From Opitutales bacterium (GTDB lineage Bacteria > Verrucomicrobiota > Verrucomicrobiia > Opitutales > PNEW01): a stretch of DNA of 64,000 nucleotides. The stretch covers positions 352,001 through 416,000 of the forward strand of contig CBDANS010000006.1 in NCBI GenBank assembly GCA_965197745.1, read 5' to 3'. The position numbers and the translations under genes were made by a program. The notes beneath the pieces are model-generated. The model was not told the DNA's origin, searched no databases, and worked only from the letters and a program-made list of their open reading frames with translations. This document shows, one piece after another, positions 60,728 to 64,000 of the stretch (position 1 is its first letter; each line of letters starts with the position of its first letter).

Positions 60728-62065
60728 TTATCGTAGAAAGGTTAATCGCTCTCCGTGCGGTTGGGGATTTAACTGTCGGTTTTGATAGGCGATATGGCCC
60801 GAAACAATTGTTGTATGAATTGAAGATTTAAATGTGAAACCAGTAAAGGGAGACCAACCGCATTTGCTGAAAGTATTTTCTTCAGAAACGGTGAAACCGT
60901 CATTTATGTTCAGCAATACCAGGTCGGCCCAATACCCTTCGCGAATAAAACCTCTATCCTCCAATTGGAACAGACGCGCTACCGCATGACTGGTTTTTTC
61001 CACGATCATCTCAAGGGTGAAAATGCCATTGTTGTAATGTTCGAGTAGTGAAAGGAGGGCGTGCTGCCCAAGAGGCATACCCGAAGGGGCCTCAAAATAA
61101 GAGCGTTTTTTTTCTTCAATGGTGTGGGGGGCATGATCAGTCGCAATGACATCTATCCTGTTATCAATCACCGCTTGCCTTACCGCGTCCCTGTCCTCCT
61201 TCGTCTTTATAGCCGGATTACATTTAATGAGCGACCCTTTTTCTTCATAAGCGGAGTCGTCAAAAAACAAATGGTGGACACAGGCTTCCGCCGTGATTTT
61301 TTTGTCTTCCAATGCTAGATTTGAGAAGAGAGCTATTTCATCAGCCGTGGTAATATGCAAAATATGCAGCTTCGTGCCGTGACTCTGTGCCAGATTGATG
61401 GCAAGGGAGGAGGAATTATAGCACGCTTCGACACTGCGGATAAGGGGGTGAGAACTAAAAGGAACTTCATCACCAAATTTCAGGCGATAGAGATTTTCAT
61501 TTATTTCAATGATGGAGTTGTCCTCACAGTGGGTGGCGACAATTATGGGGGCATTGGCGAAAATTTTATCCAGGACTTCGGGCTTATCAACGAGCAAGTC
61601 TCCGGTCGATGAACCCATAAAAACTTTTATCCCGCATACTTCCCGCGGGTTAATACTTTTAATAGCTTCAATATTCTCATTGGTCGCACCTAAATAGAAA
61701 GCATAGTTAGCAAAGGAGCGCGTGGAAGCGCGTTCCAGTTTATCCATAACCCCTTCACGATTGATGGCTGGTGGAACCGTATTTGGCATTTCCATGTAAG
61801 AAGTGATGCCACCCGCGACTACGGCCTGGGATTCTGAATAGATATCACCTTTTTGCGGGTGACCGGGTTCGCGAAAGTGGACTTGATCATCAATCATTCC
61901 CGGCAGGAGAAACCTGCCTTCAGCGTCAATGAGCAAATCAGCCGACTGTGAAGCGAGGTCTGTTCCCAGCTTCGCGATACGTCCATCTTTTATATAAACG
62001 TCCCCGCTCCCGATAGAACCTTCATTAACAATTCTCGCATTCAAAATCAAAATACTCTTCATCAC
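60728..62065 (-). CDS. pyrC: Dihydroorotase
   Basis: PGMIDDQVHFREPG, EMPNT, KVFMGSSTG, HCED, KCNPAIK, ATDHAPH. Confidence 0.9.
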   Translation of the reverse strand: MMKSILILNARIVNEGSIGSGDVYIKDGRIAKLGTDLASQSADLLIDAEGRFLLPGMIDDQVHFREPGHPQKGDIYSESQAVVAGGITSYMEMPNTVPPAINREGVMDKLERASTRSFANYAFYLGATNENIEAIKSINPREVCGIKVFMGSSTGDLLVDKPEVLDKIFANAPIIVATHCEDNSIIEINENLYRLKFGDEVPFSSHPLIRSVEACYNSSSLAINLAQSHGTKLHILHITTADEIALFSNLALEDKKITAEACVHHLFFDDSAYEEKGSLIKCNPAIKTKEDRDAVRQAVIDNRIDVIATDHAPHTIEEKKRSYFEAPSGMPLGQHALLSLLEHYNNGIFTLEMIVEKTSHAVARLFQLEDRGFIREGYWADLVLLNINDGFTVSEENTFSKCGWSPFTGFTFKSSIHTTIVSGHIAYQNRQLNPQPHGERLTFLR

Positions 62066-63009
62066 TTCTCCCCGATCAACCTTAGAAGATAATCCCGTGA
62101 CTGAATGACTTCATCGGAACTCAGGCGCGGACTTAATTCCACGACCAATACATGCTCGGGCCGAAAATATTTTTTCAACATTTCAAAATCGACCGTGCCA
62201 CTACCAAGTGTTTGATTATCCCAACCATTAGGGGTAACATCCTTCAGGTGATACCCCATGAGATGCTGATGGGTTTGTTCCATAAATTGAGCGTGATCAA
62301 TGACGCCGAGCTGTTCCTTAATTTTGGCGTGCCCGCAATCGTGCCATGCCCCGAGGGCGCCACTATCGACATAATCACTGACAAAACTGGGTATATCTTC
62401 ATCAAGCGGTGTCTCCAAAAATCCCTCTCGATTTTCCACCCCGATTCGAATACCTTTATCCTTGGCCAGTGGGATCACTTGAGCCAGGCACTGGCGAACG
62501 CGATCCATGACCGCGACCGTTTTATGCCGTGCTTTAGTCAGGTATCTTTCGACAAGACGTTGAAAGCGTTCATCACTATTAAGAATCGACGTCTCTCTAC
62601 CCGCCCGTAAACGGTTCAAAGTATTTTCCGGATCGGACCAAAAAAAAGAAACGCTGCCTAAATGAGTGATCATAAATTCGGCACCTACGCGAAAAGCCAA
62701 TTCAATAGTCCGTGAAGTTTGACGCACCCACAGTTCCCTCTCTTTTCGGTCGGGAGAAGAGGGTTGATATAAGTTGGGGGCCGCGTGATTGATGCCCGTG
62801 GGAAGTGGACAAAAATTATGAGTGGAGGTAATTTTAATTAATTTTTCGTCCACGGCGCGCAGGATACCTGGCACCAGGGAAATGCGCACCCCATGGCTCA
62901 ATTCGATATATTCAAATCCCAGGTCAACCATCTCCTGGACCATCTCATATCCGTCGATGTGCCGATGGGAACACCAACAAGTAGAGAGTGCTATTTTGGG
63001 TTTCAACAT
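62062..63009 (-). CDS. Sugar-phosphate isomerase/epimerase-family TIM-barrel protein
   Basis: GFEYIELSH, HNFCP, HLG, GVENRE, WHDCGHA, VELSP. Confidence 0.8.
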   Translation of the reverse strand: MLKPKIALSTCWCSHRHIDGYEMVQEMVDLGFEYIELSHGVRISLVPGILRAVDEKLIKITSTHNFCPLPTGINHAAPNLYQPSSPDRKERELWVRQTSRTIELAFRVGAEFMITHLGSVSFFWSDPENTLNRLRAGRETSILNSDERFQRLVERYLTKARHKTVAVMDRVRQCLAQVIPLAKDKGIRIGVENREGFLETPLDEDIPSFVSDYVDSGALGAWHDCGHAKIKEQLGVIDHAQFMEQTHQHLMGYHLKDVTPNGWDNQTLGSGTVDFEMLKKYFRPEHVLVVELSPRLSSDEVIQSRDYLLRLIGEK

Positions 63010-63049
63010 CCTCCCAAAACGACGGTGCTGTTAATTAAATTCATAACTC

Positions 63050-63586
63050 TTAAGAAAAGTTTTTCCACATCATAGATTCAACCGGTCGAGAAGATTTAGC
63101 CGTATATTTTGCAGACTCTTTACGATTATAGGGAATAGCCACTTCACCTTTTATCTCAAAATAGATCAGCTGCCCGATGGGCATGCCCCTATAAACTTTA
63201 ACGGGTTGATGAACGGAAATCTCCAGGGTCCAGTGATTACAGAAGCCCACATCACCTTTACCCGCGGTGGCATGAATATCGATCCCAAGCCGCCCCACGC
63301 TCGACTTTCCCTCCAGAAACGGAACTTGATTATGGGTTTCGGTATATTCGGTCGTTGACCCGAGATAAATCTGATTGGGTTCCAGGGTATATCCAACCGG
63401 GGGAATTTCGATATAACGCACTTTATTGTGTTTCCTGGCGTCGAGGACACAGTCCACATAAACGGCCAGCGTGTTGCTCAAATGAACGTCATAACTGTTA
63501 GTTCCAAGATTAATCTGATCAAAGGGATCAATAATAATCTCACCCTTCTCCAGTGCTTTGAGAATCTCTTTATCCGATAAAATCAT
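63050..63586 (-). CDS. dcd: dCTP deaminase
   Basis: MILSD, SYDVHL, EGKSSVGRLG, HATAG-GD-GF-WTLE, GMPIGQL. Confidence 0.95.
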   Translation of the reverse strand: MILSDKEILKALEKGEIIIDPFDQINLGTNSYDVHLSNTLAVYVDCVLDARKHNKVRYIEIPPVGYTLEPNQIYLGSTTEYTETHNQVPFLEGKSSVGRLGIDIHATAGKGDVGFCNHWTLEISVHQPVKVYRGMPIGQLIYFEIKGEVAIPYNRKESAKYTAKSSRPVESMMWKNFS

Positions 63587-63887
63587 AAATGTTAAAAAGT
63601 GCCGTCATCAAATTTTCCCCCGAATTAATCAGCTATTGGTTTAAATATATAAAGATGAACACCTTCAATATCGAACCGTTGAAAAAATATTTGTGAAATT
63701 CGACCTTAAGGTTTCCATGATTACTGATCAATTTATTAATTTTATACCGGGCTGGACTTTCAATTTTTGCCGATACTAGATGAATGATTATCAAGCCCTA
63801 TCTTCCAGCTAAATCGCATATATAAGATCTAATAAAATCTGCCTCTCCAGCAAACCGTTTTGAATTACTCGATGATGAAAGGGACAA

Positions 63888-63998
63888 CTATGGATTCCCC
63901 TTAACTTTCTTCCCTGCAATCCAAAGAAAAAGTATGGCCGAAGCGGGGAATAATATAAAAAAACTCCACCCGGGGATTCCCAGGGCTACTGTAACGTA
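63888..63998 (-). CDS. Possible 3' end of a membrane protein entering from the window edge
   Basis: Open frame YVTVALGIPGWSFFILFPASAILFLWIAGKKVKGNP*. Confidence 0.3.
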   Translation of the reverse strand, partial: YVTVALGIPGWSFFILFPASAILFLWIAGKKVKGNP

Positions 63999-64000
63999 GC

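Noticed and set aside
1128..63459. Numerous 60-180 aa ORFs antisense or out of frame within long genes
   Set aside because: Shadow ORFs of well-supported CDSs with no recognisable motifs

Overview
Bacterial chromosomal window, probably Verrucomicrobiota/Opitutae; this is inferred from the dxs, the Tsr3/DTW-like gene and the secreted-protein domains, not proven. In order it holds: nfeD, dgoD-like dehydratase, tRNA-Asn followed by tRNA-derived repeats, and a few accessory genes including a sugar-binding protein gene broken by a TAG. Next is a ~14.6 kb uptake/catabolic cluster (class-III aminotransferase, 2-hydroxyacid dehydrogenase, two M24 hydrolases, Fe/2OG oxygenase, two tandem family-5 binding proteins, Opp/Dpp-type ABC transporter) and a Kelch-mutarotase/SSS fusion. 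A divergent hopanoid locus follows (mlaA-like, hpnM, hpnB, hpnH, ispH | squalene synthase, shc, hpnG, hpnA), continued directly by ino1, an IPCT-like nucleotidyltransferase and dxs. The last part has three PhyH dioxygenases, two paralogous mosaic secreted proteins flanked by REP-like elements, sulP, aat, a complete IS1595-family element with TIRs, an 8-bp TSD and a frameshifted passenger ORF, then YyaL, pyrC and dcd. The best candidate for an undescribed system is the hopanoid locus coupled to CDP-inositol synthesis. Several small lesions (nonsense or frameshift) are visible and could be real decay or assembly errors. No CRISPR array, rRNA or prophage was seen. All family assignments come from motif recognition by eye; no searches were run.
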